Origin: Chiloscyllium plagiosum
Taxonomy: Eukaryota
Direction: 5' to 3'
DNA: 64,000 nucleotides
Assembly (NCBI RefSeq): GCF_004010195.1
Contig: NC_057719.1
Span: 58,091,823 to 58,155,822, forward strand
Part shown: piece by piece, positions 23,251-36,417 of the stretch
How positions within the stretch are numbered: position 1 is the stretch's first letter
Layout: each line of letters begins with the position of its first letter
Notes under the pieces: model-generated
What the model was told of the DNA's origin: nothing
What the model saw: the letters and a program-made list of their open reading frames with translations, nothing else
The model's database searches: none
Program-made: the position numbers and the translations under genes

Positions 23251-26200
23251 GAGTCACAGGGAACAGAGTTGAGGTTATTGGTTTTTTTTTAGACTGCAGG
23301 AAGGTGTAGTTGGGACAACTGTTCTTTCTGATATTTATTACTGTAATCACCTAGACCTGGGTCTACAGGACTTCAAAATTAATACATGATATGAAATTTG
23401 GACGTAATGTGAAGATTATGTGTAGTGACGATAAAGTTCAATGCAAACATGTGAAGTGATTCACTTTGATAGGAAGAACATAGGGAAACAATAGGGATTA
23501 AAACATCCAATTCTGAAAGTGATGAACGAGCTGAAGAAGCTGGATGCATATGTGCATAATTCATTGATCGTGGCAAAACAGGTTGACAAAATGGTTAATA
23601 AAGTAGACAGTATCTTCAATTTTACTAATATTTGTGTAGAGTACAAGACAAAGGAGTTTACACTAAACTTCTTAAAAACAGTCGCTTGGTCTCAGCTGGA
23701 GTTTTGCATTGAGTTCATGATACCATACCATAGAAAAGACATGAAGGGATTAGAGAGATTGCAGAAAAACTTAATGAGAATGGTTCCAGGATTGAGAAAC
23801 CTAGTTCCATAGATAGATTGGAGAAGTTGGCACTGTTTTCCTCGAAGAGGAGATATGAAACATAAAGTTAAAAATCATTAAACATCTGGATGGAGAAGAC
23901 ATGGAAAGCCTGTTCCAATTGGTAAAAGAATTGAGACTTTGAGGACACATTTCAGGTAATTGTCTAACGAAGCAATCGTGAGATGAAGAAATTATTTTTC
24001 AAAAAGCAAGTGTTTAGGATCTGGAATGGACTGTCTGAGAGTATGGTGAATATAGGGTTCAATTGAAGGATTTAAAAATGAATTGGATTATCTAAAAAGG
24101 AAAAATGATCAGGATTATGGGGAGAAAGTGGAGCAATGGTTTTAGGTGTATTGCTAATTTGGAGATCAGGCATGGATATGAGGGGTGAATGGTTTCCTTC
24201 TCTGCGATTGTCTGCTTACAGTTAATCTGAACATAATTGTAGAATGTGGAATATAACATTGTTTTAAAAATTGCATTCTACTTTTTACCTTTCTGCAGAC
24301 ATAAAGTAATGGAATAGTTCACAAAGAACAGAACACATCTTTAATATATTACTAATATACTTCAGGAAACAATTGTTGACAATTGCCTTTTATTTTAAAA
24401 AAGTGCTAGTGTTCTGCTGAGAAATAAATCAACTTATCTTTTTCCCATTTCTCCCAAGCCCCAGTCCTTGGTCTATTTCTTTCCCCGTACCAAATTCCAG
24501 ACTCCGTGCTCTAGCCACCCCCTCACATCCCATACCCCCATCTCTAAACTCGTACTCACCAATCTGACTGCCTCCTCACTCTAGCAACTCTATCTCAACT
24601 CCAGATTTGCCAGCATACCAGCCAGTTTTGGATCTCTGTGGCAGTACAGGAAAGTGGCATCAGTCAGCCAGAGGCTTCACAACAGCAGCTGCCATTGCTG
24701 CAACGTGAAAACTCAGACCATTGACCATGATCCATTTCAGGAAAGTCAAGGGCAAATCCAGGAAAGGAAGTGATAGTTGATGTTGCTTGTACTCATACTA
24801 TTCTCAGTTTCTATCACTGTGATCTTACTTTTCAGCTAGTAATTACAAGTACTGATTTAGTAAAATAATGTGTTGCATCTCTGAACCCTAAATTTTAAAC
24901 TTTTAATGTAACAAATTATAACGTGTACATTTCAAATTATGACCTCACACAAATAGGTTTATGCAGATAAAATGGAATAACTTAAACTTGTTTTTGAGTA
25001 ATTTTATTTAAATTATAAAATGGATGATTTAAACCAAGCTATATAGTCTGCCAAATTTCATACATGCGTTACATTTTTGCTCTACAAAGATAAAGGTTTC
25101 CATTATGAAAACTAATTAGAAATGACAGCATTAAGCAATATTCAATAAGGAATTTCAAATAATTTCAATTGGAAGGTTTGTACTCTATGAAGGTGAACAA
25201 AATCTGAATAGGAACTCAAGTCATTTCAATTCAAAGTATTAAAAAATTAAGTTCATAAGTTATGTTTATAAAAAGTTTACAATTTCTTCACCCCAAAGAA
25301 GGAATTTCAATCTTTCCAAGTAAGAAACCATCTGCTGGAGACATGCCATACTAGATCTCCCAGACAGAAGACATGCTCGGGTGATGAATGCAGTGGGCCT
25401 AACTTCGGAAAGCTCTCATTATGTTCAGCAATAATTGGCACACTTCCCAGTTCTTTATCCCAGTGCTCTAAAACAGCTAAAAAGTTCAGCACCACTCCTG
25501 ACTTGTGTAAATAAGGTGGGTTTCTGGCAGACCTATTTCTTACTGGGAAACGTTTTCAATTCTTTCAGATAGCATATATGGTCAAAGCACAGATTAAATC
25601 CACTTTACACATAATTTTCATATTGTCACAGTGACTGCAAAAGTGCTAAAACTGGTTGGTTAAAAAGCACACCTAGGTTCCTTGAGGTAAAAGCAGAAAG
25701 TGCAGGTGAAATGCAACAGATATGGCAGCATCTGTGAAAAGAGAAATAAAGTTTGAACAAGACATTACTCATGTTCAGTATTTTCACCATGCTAACATGA
25801 AATGAAAGTCTAAACACCTATTACAGAGCTCAAGATACAAAAAGACATCCCATTCCATTAAATTCATTCAAGTCCCCTCAGGTATGGATTCCCTTACAAA
25901 AACAAATATTTTTATTCATAACTCTGATCACAGACAGCTAATTGCTGAACAAAGCCTTTGCAATGTCAATAAAACTGTGAACCTGCATTGTGATAATGAT
26001 AAGCTTTGGAAAGCAGTCAAGCAGTAAGAATGCTATAATCATGATGCTTTGGGTTACAACTATCAACCACACATTAAAAATGATATTCTTTCATTTTAAT
26101 AGGCACAGACAGGCAATATTTTTGCCAAGTATTAAAGGGGAGGTGATTTAAATAAATTGATAGTTTAATTAATCTATATATCATCCACTTTTCAACAGCA

Positions 26201-26457
26201 TTTCCATTTCCATCATAAAATTGGAGAAAACAGATTATGTATTAAGGTCATTCTCAGAGAGAAAATTGGGTCTGCTTGCTCCATACACTGAGTTTAAACA
26301 GCCCAACCCAACACTTTAATGTGCATCTGTGCACTTTAGACTCCAACTGCTTTCTATTATTAGTGAAAATAGACCTGCAGAAATACAGCTAGACTTCAGA
26401 TCTGAGTCCCATTAGCAATTCTAAACACTTGCAGATCCAGCCGTTCCTTTGTACATC

Positions 26458-26795
26458 GAGGTATAGATGGAGTTAGTGGTAGGTGTCTTTTCCCTAGGAT
26501 GGGGGATTTCAAGACGAGGGATCACATTTTTAAAGTGACAGGAGAGAGATTTAAAAAACACGAGGCAAACATTTTACACTGAGGGTGGTTCGCTTGTGGA
26601 ATGAACTTCCTGAGAAAGTGGTGGATGCAGGTACAATTACAATGTTTAAAAGCCATTTGGGTATATATTTGAATAGAAAGTGTTTGGAGGGATATGGGCC
26701 AGGAGTGGGCAGGTGGGATTAGTTTGTTTTAAGATTATGTTTGGCATGGACTGGTTGGACCGAAGGGTCTGTTTCCTTACTATGATTCTATGATC
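26458..26795 (+). mobile_element. CR1 3'-end fragment
   Basis: TGGAATGAACTTCCTGAG...GGACCGAAGGGTCTGTTTCC...CTATGATTCTATGAT tail. Confidence 0.85.
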
Positions 26796-26796
26796 C

Positions 26797-26985
26797 CTGA
26801 ACACTATGGACAATTGAGCATGGTCAATCCACCTAACCTGCCCATCTGTAGATTGTGCGAGGAAACAGCAGCACCCAGAGGAAATTCACGCAAACACGGG
26901 GAGAATGTCAAAATTCCACACAGACAGTCCCTTGAGGCTTCAATCGAACTCTGGTCCCGGGCACTGCGAGGCAGTGTTGCTAACC
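26797..26985 (-). mobile_element. Partial HE1-type (V-SINE) element
   Basis: Aligns to 30270-30455. Confidence 0.8.
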
Positions 26986-27020
26986 CGGTGGGATAACAAT
27001 GGTTGCTTTTTCCGTAGCTA

Positions 27021-28358
27021 CATAGAGTCATAGAGGTGTAAGGCACGGAAACAGACCCTTCGGTCCAACTCGTTCATGCCGACCATATATCCTAATCTAA
27101 TCTAGTCCCATTTGCCAGCACTTGGGCCATATCCCTCTGAACTCTTCCTATTCATATACCCATCCGGATGCCTTTTCAATGCTGTAATTGTACCAGTCTC
27201 CACCACTTCCTCTGGCAGCTCATTCCACACATGCACCACACTCTGATATGAAAGAGACCTAAGGGGCAAATTTTTCACACATATCTTTCCCCTCTCACCC
27301 TAAACCGATACCCTCTAGTTCTGGACTCCCCCACTCCAGGGAAAGGACCTTTGTCGATTTATCCTATCCATGCCCCTCATGATTTTATAAACCTCCAAAA
27401 GGTGATCCCTCAGCCTCTGACATTCCAGGGAAAATAGCCCCAGCCTATACAGCCTCTCCCTGCAGCTCAAATCCTCCAACCCTGGCTACATACTTGTAAA
27501 TCTTTTCTGAACCCTTTTAAGTTCCACAACATCCTTCCAATAGGAAGGAGACCAGAATTGCACACAATATTCCAAAAGTTGCCTAACCAATGTCCTCCTT
27601 CAGGAATTCCTGAAGAAGGGCCTGTGCCCGAAACGTCAAATCTCCTGTTCCCTGGATGCTGCCTGACCTGCTGTGCTGTTCCAGCAATAAAGTTTCAACT
27701 TTGATCTCCAGCATCTGCAGACCTCACTTTCTCCCCTAACCAATGTCCTGTACAGCCACAGCATGACCTCCCAACTCATATATACAATATTCTGACCAAG
27801 AAAGGAAAGCAGACCAAACACCTTCACTATCCTATCTACCTGTGCCTCTACTGTCAAGGAACTATGAACTTGCACTCCAAGGTCTCTTTGTTCAAAAGCA
27901 CTCTCCAGGACTTTAACATTTAGTGTATAAGTCCTGCTCTGATTTGTTTTTCCAAAATGCAGCATCTCGTATTTACATAAACTCCATCTGCCACTCCTTG
28001 GCCCATTGGCCCATCTGATCAAGGTCCCGTTGTACTTTGAGGTAAACTTCTTCACTATTCACTACACCTCCAATTTTGATGTCATCTGCAAACTTACTAA
28101 CTATACCTACTACGTTCGCATCCAAATCATTTATATAAATGATGCAAAGTAGTGAACCCAGCACCAATTTTTGTGGCATACCACTGGTCACAGGCCTCCA
28201 GTCTGAAAAGCAACCCTCCACCACCACCCTGTCTTCTACCTTCGAACGAGTTCTGTATCCAAATGGCTAGTTGCTTCTGTATCCCCTGTGATCTAACCTT
28301 GCTCACCAGTCTCACTGCTCTGCCCTCATCAATCCTCTTTGTTACTTCTTCAAAAAAC
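27021..28358 (-). mobile_element. 5'-truncated CR1 LINE hosting a PLE mini-element
   Basis: Minus-strand RT motifs (SDWRPVTSG, IYINDLD, KFADDIK); tail reads CATAGAGTCATAGAG on the plus strand. Confidence 0.92.
27597..27734 (+). mobile_element. 138-bp hammerhead-bearing PLE mini-element
   Basis: 15-bp TSD CCTAACCAATGTCCT (27582-27596, 27735-27749); 9-bp 5' inversion CTTCAGGAA|TTCCTGAAG; intact core at 27610-27637. Confidence 0.9.
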
Positions 28359-29489
28359 TAAAGCACAAAATCAGATTGCCAATCAATCAGCACCTTTTTC
28401 TCCTGAAATATTAATTTTTGTGTTTGTTTGAAATTAGGCATCTTGCATTTGTCAACAGGCATGTCTTTCCAACATAATTCGAAGTCCTGTAATACAAATC
28501 TACCATTTGTTCCTCCAAGTTATCATTGCTAAAAGCTTCTCCACCCCCAAGGTTAAACTAACTGACTTGTAAATATTGGACTTACCTCTACACCATTTCT
28601 TGAACAAGGATGAATCATTTAGAGTTCTCTAATCCTCTATTAACACCCCAAAGTTTAAGACGTGAAGATTATGAGTAGTACCTCCACAACATCTAATCTC
28701 ACTTCCCTCCATTTCCTTGCATAGTCCTGTCATCTTAATAACTTTAGTACAGACAGCCTATCTAGAACCTCTTTCTTATCAATTTTAAAACATTCCTCTC
28801 ACCATCACCTGGGTGGAATTTTTCTTTCCCAATGTACCTCAGCATTGGACAGCTTTTCACTGCCCTGATTAGCTAGTCCGGCAGATTTCAGTCAGATTGG
28901 ATAAGCAGAGATTCTAAGGACTTGTTTAGATTCAAGATTGAAGCCACAGCAAAAGAAATCTCCAATTGAAACAGTAGATAGGATAAGGCAGGCATCACTT
29001 TCATACTGCTGCAAAGTGGCTAGAAGAGTGTCCTCAAGGATAGGAGATAAACCTTGATACGGAGCTGCAGCATTGCCAAGTATTTTTCAGCGCAGAACTT
29101 TTAATGTTGCTGTTCTCCCAGGCACATAATTTTTTTTTGTTTTCTAAGGAGCCAATTCAAACAGGCTTTGAATTGAAACTGATAATTACTAAATGCAAGA
29201 ATTAGTAACACAACACACATGCATGCACAGATTAGAAAGAGGAGGCGAGGCGAGTTCAAAAAAATATAAACTTAAAAAAAACTTAGTCACTGAATTGTTC
29301 ATGAAGAGCGGATAGTTAACATTGTGGCTGTTATGGTAGAGATTGATATTGGTTGTGTTGACGTTGTTTGAACAGTCTTTTTTCCACTTGGTTTAGTAGG
29401 ATGATTAAAGTAATAGATATGAAACAACAGACACATTCACACAGTCATTCTCTTGGCCTTGGTCAATATTATCATTTCAATTCTAACTG

Positions 29490-32400
29490 GGTCTCCTGGT
29501 TCAACAGCCTTTGAAAGGTAACTGTTGGGTAAACATATCTTGGAAATGTAGGTGATTTTACCTACTCTATCTATGCAATGTTTCAGCTGAGGTATAGGGT
29601 AGAAGTCAGCTCTGGTCACAGCATTTACTTTTGGCTTTTCAATGTCAAACCTTGGGGATTTATGTGCTTGTAAATAAGCACAACAAAGGACCTCTGGCTT
29701 CTGCTGCTAGCCCTATTATTAGTTGGTGTTTCAGCATGTAGTTACTCTCCTTCCAAACCTTTTCTGGATCTGGTTGATAGGGTTGTTACCTTATGGTAAC
29801 GTCTCCCACATCCATATCAAATAGAGCAAGGCTAGTAATCCTGCCTTGTCCCTTAAATGCAGTAAGCAGCTTTGTCAAGTTTGCATGTATTCTGCACCAA
29901 ATAAGGAATCTAAGTTTGCTAGTGTTTGGTACTGGTTAGCCACATTGTAGTTGGTGGACCTCCAATTTGTTAGCTCTGCTACCATTATTCTCTAGGTTGG
30001 TGGTATTCCTTTATTGTATTGAAATGACAACTTCTGGCCTCGATTTGGGGTCTCAATCAGATAATTCACTTGCCTGAGTTTCTTGGCTACTCTGTATTTA
30101 CAGCTGAATTGGGCCCTTAAAGGTTCACGTTGTGTGGGTAGTAGCACCAACACACAGTGAAAGATTAGATTACTTACAGTGTGGAAACAGGTCCTTCGGC
30201 CCAACAAGTCCACACCGCCCCCGCCGAAGCGCAACCCACCCATACCCCTACATTTACCCCTTACCTAACACTACAGGCAATTTAGCATGGCCAATTCACC
30301 TGACCTGCACATCTTTGGACTGTGGGAGGAAACCGGAGCACCCGGAGGAAACCCACGCAGACATGGGGAGAACGTGCAAACTCCACACAGTCAGTCGCCT
30401 GAGGCGGGAATTGAACCCGGGTCTCTGGCGCTGTGAGGCAGCAGTGCTAACCACTGTGCCACCGTGCCGCCCACTAAAAGGTTGGCCCATGACATAATTG
30501 TCTGCTTTTTATTTCATCACTGTTTGTCAAATTTGCAAATGCTCTCAGGCTACTTCCCAACCTTGTGAGAGTCGCCCTCAGAACACCACATAGTCTAAAA
30601 AATATACTTCCCTCTTCTGTTCTATAAACCTCTCCCTGGTTAGATTCAGAGACCCTTGCACTTTGTGCCCAGAAACTATTTCAGATGGAGTAAACCTGCT
30701 AGACTTATTGAGTGAGCCCTTGGTGGCAAACCAAAGAAAATCTTTATCCCAGTCATGTAGCTACTCATAGAAGGATACTCTGATCATGGTTTTTAGAGAC
30801 TAATGGTACAGTTCGAGCACTCTGTGACTGTGGATAATATGCTGTAGGCCTGGCACAGGTCACACATGGCTTCCTGAAATATTTGGGACATGAAATTTGA
30901 GCACTGATCTAACTGGATCTTAATGTGAAGACTATACTGTGTGAAGTATTGGGTCAATTCCCTCACCACTGTTTTAGGTGGAGATGGTTCTCAAAGGTAC
31001 AGCTTCTGGAAAGAAAAAGAACAGCTTCATCTATGATGAAAAGGGTTGAACCTTATTGTTATGGGCAGAGGACCCACACAGTCCACACATTTTGCATAGT
31101 CATTTACAAGAAAGTCCAGGAATAATAGGTCCAGGTCATGTTATAAATTGAGATTTTCCCACAACCTGTCCAATATGTGGGACTCTGCAAAGTTTTATGA
31201 TATCCTTATGCAGCTATGTCTAGCAAAAAGGTGGATTACTGTCCACCCCTCATTGACATATCTGTGAGAGGATCTCCATTTCCTCATTGGTACCACATTT
31301 TGAATGGAATAGCATTCAGAGACTGTTTCTGCCTCAGCTTCAATATGAGCAGTCTGAGCTAGCTTTTTAACAGAGGGTCAGTTTATTGGGATGCTACCAA
31401 AGACGACATATTTATTACCTCCTTGGAGTCTCCAAGATGACCAAAAAAAGGCTTTGGATATCCAAACTAAACCTTCAGTGGCAGTGCCATTGCAGTTTTC
31501 AAAGGCTAAACTTGTTGGACCAAAGACATAGTGACCACACACTCAGGAATAACCAGGCACATTTCCTTGGAGCTATTCAGCCTGCTTGACTTGAATGGGC
31601 TTTTCACACACCAGTGGGATATTAACTTTGATCTTCCCAGGTCATTGACGAGAAGTAGGCCAAACTTGTTCACTGGCAAAGTAGGCACAAACTCCCATGT
31701 TGACTGGTCCCTATGTGAAGTCACATTCTAGATACACCTGACAACGGGGGATTGTCATGCACCCTCCTTCAATTCTTTTTACAAGCACCTTGGCACCTAT
31801 TGTATTCTCTGCTGAGAATGTCATGCCTACTTCTAACAGTAGAGATTGGCTGACCTTGGTGTCTCTCAGTATCGCTACAAACTTATTTGCCTTACCCTGG
31901 GAAAATGTAGATACCCTTCCTTTACATACAAAATCCCAGTCACTCTCAGGGAATTGTCTATTCATATCAACAATCTTGGGAGTGCTTTTCCAGGGATTTT
32001 CAGCTACAGTCAGAGCCTCAACCCACTCTGCTATGCTCTCTGTGACTTTAACTCTCTCTACGAGGTGTATGTGCTCCACTGGTTTTTCCCACAACTTCCA
32101 GCAGTTTCCCAGACCAGCCCTAGGGTTTAGAAATTGAAACACTGAGGCATCTTGCCCTCATTTTTCATGGCACTTACCTCATTCAAGAGGGAGTAAAGCT
32201 CAAGCATTTGTCCCAGAAGCTAATTCTATAGTAATAAGAATCAAGATGAATCAGACCTCTTTAACTGCTAGTGCCACCTGCTCAAAAGAGATTTCAAAAA
32301 ATGGTCTATCTCCACCTCCTCAAATTGAGGAATTAAATGAGCAAACTGAGTTGCTTCTGCCCTCTAATCTGAGCTAGTGCTGTCTTCATAGGACACAGTT

Positions 32401-32820
32401 TGTTTCTTACCTCTCAATTCAAGCTGTCTTGTTTGAGACTACGTTTCCTGCAGCTTTCTCATTTCTCTGGTTTTCAATATTCTAATGTCTGCTGCTCTAA
32501 TTTTCATTCCTCTTCAGCCATTCTATCTATTTCATTATTCTTGGTTTCCATCTGTAACCGTTGGCCACCACTTTTAAAATTTGAGGTTATGCTTCTGACT
32601 GTTTGAGGGAGAGTAAATTTAAATTCTCAAAAAAAAAATCATTCCTAATTTATGAGAAATGCTTTGATTTCAAATGCAGACATTTCTTTACTATAGCAAG
32701 CAAGTTCAAGAAAGCCCTGTGCAACGTTTTTCTTTCAAATTTATTTCAAAGTGTACATTTACCCATCCTCATTCTTTTTGCCTGTGGGTTCAAATTCTGA
32801 CAGAAGTCCCCAGTTTGTGA
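29490..32820 (-). mobile_element. Decayed Gmr1-like Ty3/Gypsy LTR retrotransposon internal region
   Basis: Minus-strand order: PBS-like TGGGGACT after ..TCACA (about 32812); gag (LIPQFEEVEIDHF); protease (ILRDTKVSQSLLL); integrase (IQLDQCSNFMS, AYYPQSQS, DWDK, VLVLLPTQREPLRAQFS.KY); RT N-terminus (DMDVGD, TRADFYPIPQLKHCIDRVG). Confidence 0.85.
30162..30472 (-). mobile_element. Full-length HE1-type tRNA-derived V-SINE inside the integrase region
   Basis: GGGCGGCACGGTGGCACAGTGGTTAGCACTGCTGCCTCACAG (A box), GGTTCAATTCC (B box), V-domain TGTGTGGAGTTTGCACGTTCTCCCC, CR1-like 3' end and (ATCTA)n tail; CpGs retained. Confidence 0.95.
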
Positions 32821-32839
32821 CAAACATACCCCTAAAAAG

Positions 32840-33000
32840 AAAAAGTGGGATGTGGGCATCACTAGTTGGCCAGAATTTACTGCCTGTCCCTAGTTGCCCT
32901 TGAGAAGGCGGTGGTGGTGCATTGCCTTCTTGAACTGCTACAGATCACCTGCTCTGGGTTGATCCATAATACCATTAGTGGGGAAATTCCAGGATTTTGA
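32840..33000 (-). mobile_element. 3' end of the second CR1-clade LINE family
   Basis: Minus strand GTTCAAGAAGGCA..CACCACC..CTTCTCAAGGGCAACTAGGG..CCCACATCCC. Confidence 0.7.
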
Positions 33001-33399
33001 CTCAGTAAGATGACAAAATGGACATCACTGACCTTCCAATTAGTGCAAAGGCATTCCAGTGAAATCAGAATATCAGACATTGGAATAACATGCAGAATGC
33101 ATGGGACCCTGAACTCTACAGAGTCATCAAGTAGCTGGACTCAGGCATCCAAACTAATATTATTGAATCAGTAACTGGAGCACATTCAATGAAGGAACAT
33201 CACATGTTGGAAAGCCTTATCACAGTTGAAAATATTAACTTTTGTTGAACAACAGGAAAAGTGAAGTAAAAACAGACAAAAGCTGAATTTGCTTCTGGGC
33301 ATTAGCAGGGGCTGATTGTCTTTCGAACAAGAACAAACTTACAGTCAGTGAATAATGACCTCACCAAATCCACAACTATTGGAAGCAGATGTCAATTAA

Positions 33400-35400
33400 A
33401 TTATGTCTGGCTTGTTGTGCTCCACACTGCAGCACTCTACGATAGTGAAGATAACATTTCCCCTGTTCACTGTTGTCATCTTCCTCTTTGGAAGATTTCT
33501 GCTGATCTCCCAGCTCTTCAACATTGATCACATCCCTCCTTGTATTCTCCAAATGTGCAGCACACAGCATGCAGGGTTTATGTTATATACTCTGTTGCAC
33601 TGCAAGAATCCACATTCTAATCAAAGCATCTGAACCTTTCCTTCAGGAGGCTTGTCATCTGTAGCACCTGGCCCTGATGAAAGAATGGGCTGCACTGTAT
33701 CTAGGTTCAGCCTTGTTCTATTCCAAAAATGGAGTGATTTTCTTATGAGTAGAGGTTGAAAAGTTTGTGCTTATACTCATTGAACATTAGAAGAATGAGA
33801 GGTGACCTTATTGAAATGCATCAGATTGGTTGGGGCTTGACAGGGTAGATGCAGTGAGGTTGTTTCTCCTGTGGGAGAATCAAAGATCAGAGGGCAGCCA
33901 TTTTTTATTTGCATTATGAATTTGAGATTTGATGAAAATGGAAGGCAGCACAGGTCTTATTTCACTGATATGAGTCGCAATCTTATTCAGTTAATCTCAT
34001 CTCTCTCCCACTTTCAAAATCTCATGTTCCTTTCTTCTTTGTCTTACCTGCTGATCACATCATTTCTGAACTATCACACATTCCCACTCATTAAGACTCC
34101 ATTTTCTAAAATTTATTTCTGAACTCTGGGCTTACAGTTTAGGCATGTCAACCATCAAGATAGAATGCCCCCTGCTGAAGGCAAGGTGGTGGTGACCATT
34201 GATGATCCCTCCTCCCACATGCCCTCGGATGCACTATTATCTCTCACCATTAGATTTCAACTTGTCCTATGTAAGAATTATGGCTCCTTCTGTGTCCAGC
34301 ACGTTGCCTTCGATCCCTACAATTAAATTTCTAACTTGTCCACCATAGCAGTGACCATGACAAACCATCTTAATCTTCAGTGAACAGAACACAGGACTGA
34401 CTGTGGCTCACCCCAATGATGTGAAAGTACAGCCCTGAGTGACCAGAGATCTGAGTGACCTCCATGCAGCTCCTCAAATGACGACATTTGGATGAGACAA
34501 GATTAGATAATAATGAGATGCTCACAAGCAAGCTTCCCATCTACCATTAAAACCTTGGATGGAAAATTGAACTTCTTTTTCTTCACCATCAAGAATCTCA
34601 TTTTTCCAGTCTTGCCATATTTTACCAACTGATTCACCATTGTCTACATTGATCAGAGCTTGAATAATTTTGCATCTAAATGGTTTCTTTGCGGGACAAG
34701 CTGGAACAAAACAAGAGGCAATAGGAACTAACTAGTGCTAATAGAAAAGGTTTTGTGTTCAAAAAGGGGATGGTGCCATCCATGTTTGGAACTGTAATTT
34801 CTGAGTCCATAGTTAGCATGAAAGTGAAACCAAATTTGACGATATATACAACGCGTAATTTTTCTACACACATCCCAACTCCCTGGCAAACCATGATCTT
34901 TTTAGATTAAAAAAAACTGCAGATGTTGGCATGAGCCATTTATTTCCTCCCTTTTGCTCCTGAAAAATAATGTAGACACAGTCAATAGTATCCTGAACCA
35001 TGGGGATGGCTCAATTGTAGCAAATTCATATATTTGCTCTGGTTGCTCATCTCTAGCAGTGACAGAGTGTACTTCATTCATTCTCTTTGAATAGATAAAC
35101 TCAGTAACCTCTCTGAAATAACACTGTACAGAAAGCTTTGAGATGTTATAAGTATCTCCAGCTCCAGCCTAGATGGAACCAGATGCGTATAAGTTCATTA
35201 CAAAAGGTACCTTCACAGCCACTGTTAAAGCAGTCTTTACCCCTGATCTGGTATTGCAGTTATGGTTGCAACAGGAGCAGGATGTCTTTAATGAAGCATT
35301 CTTGCCTTACACACAGAGGTTCCAGTTGGGGTAATTGCTCCCTGAAATCTCCTACACTGACATATCTCCTAGTGAAAACCTTTTCTCTTTTATCCTCTTT
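33400..35400 (-). pseudogene. PIF/Harbinger transposase fossil, split by other inserts
   Basis: 34965-35400: DILLLLQP, TALTVAVKV..MNLYASGS..GAGDTYNIS, PMVQDTIDCVYI; 33540-33660: LLKERFRCFD..ACCVLH followed by an acidic tail. Confidence 0.75.
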
Positions 35401-35707
35401 CTTTATCAAAACCTGTCCTATTTTATATGGTGTCAGCTCATTCTCCAAGTCATGTTACAATCCAAGGGAAATATTTAGTTATGTCAAGAATAACAGATTT
35501 GTGCACAAAACTTGAAATGAACAAAAACCTCTTTAGCACCCACTGCACTACTCTCTATGGATATTTGCACCTTGAAATAACTACAGGAAACATATGAACC
35601 ATGGAAGTGACCAGAATAGATTAACGTGTGATTTGACTGTAAGTCGTTGATGATCCTTTTAAGTAATATTGTTAAACAACAGTTATGTAAATTTAAGAGG
35701 TATGTAA

Positions 35708-35900
35708 GCTAGATCTTTGAGCTCCAAAATGGAGGCCTCAAATTGTTGTTTCTCGTTAATTGATATCCTGACCTCCATATTCTGCGACTTTCAATAGATG
35801 GTTACTGGTCACGCACCAATACCCACTCTAGCATAATTTACCAACAAAATGGATGCCATTTTGGAGCTCTAAAGGCAGGTTCAGAGCCCAAAGACCTAGC
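35708..35900. repeat. Nested imperfect inverted repeats (MITE/subterminal-like)
   Basis: GCTAGATCTTTGAGCTC (35708) vs GAGCCCAAAGACCTAGC (35884-35900), 15/17; GAGCTCCAAAATGG vs CCATTTTGGAGCTC (35856-35869). Confidence 0.55.
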
Positions 35901-36417
35901 AATCACGAGTTCAATTTCTCCCCAGCAGAGTCGATAGAAAATAAGTCAAAGTGTAGATTATATTTAAATTATTTGTAGAACACAGAATAAAGTTGTGTAA
36001 GACAGATAATACCACAGTGTTATAAGAGACAGAAAAAAAGTTTGAAAAATAATCTTCAAATCTTGAACATAAGTTAATCTCTTATGGAATGAGTCTCTAC
36101 ATTTATAAAATTACACTTTCAGGGAAAGAGAGTTTAATTGGAATAACTAGGCATTCAATCAGATTTTAGTTATGGCAAGTATGTTGTCTAGAGTACTTAT
36201 AAACCTCACTGGGTCAGCTTTGAATAGAGTAAGCGATCATTTAGGTTCATGGCATCTTGATGTAATAGGAATAATTTTGCAACACCAGTCTTTTGGCACA
36301 AAGCTTCACCAGTGGTGAGCTAAGTTGGAAAATAAAGGCTGTTGTGTCACAAGCTAATCACAGCTTCCATATTTGTTTCTGGTGAGGCTCTGATACCAAG
36401 GCACAGTCCTACCACAA

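Larger units (their letters stand above)
22240..24210 (+). mobile_element. Old CR1 3' half, interrupted by a PLE segment
   Basis: FFDEVTE..DE.NAVD..YMDF at 22250-22335; resumes after 23250 (QLEFCIEF..PYHRKD, 3'UTR). Confidence 0.7.

Noticed and set aside
30390..30472. tRNA gene
   Set aside because: The A/B boxes are the head of an HE1-type SINE with V-domain and LINE tail; no complete cloverleaf.
35260..35448. Host exon (MENELTPYK.. ORF)
   Set aside because: Continues by frameshift into Harbinger transposase motifs.
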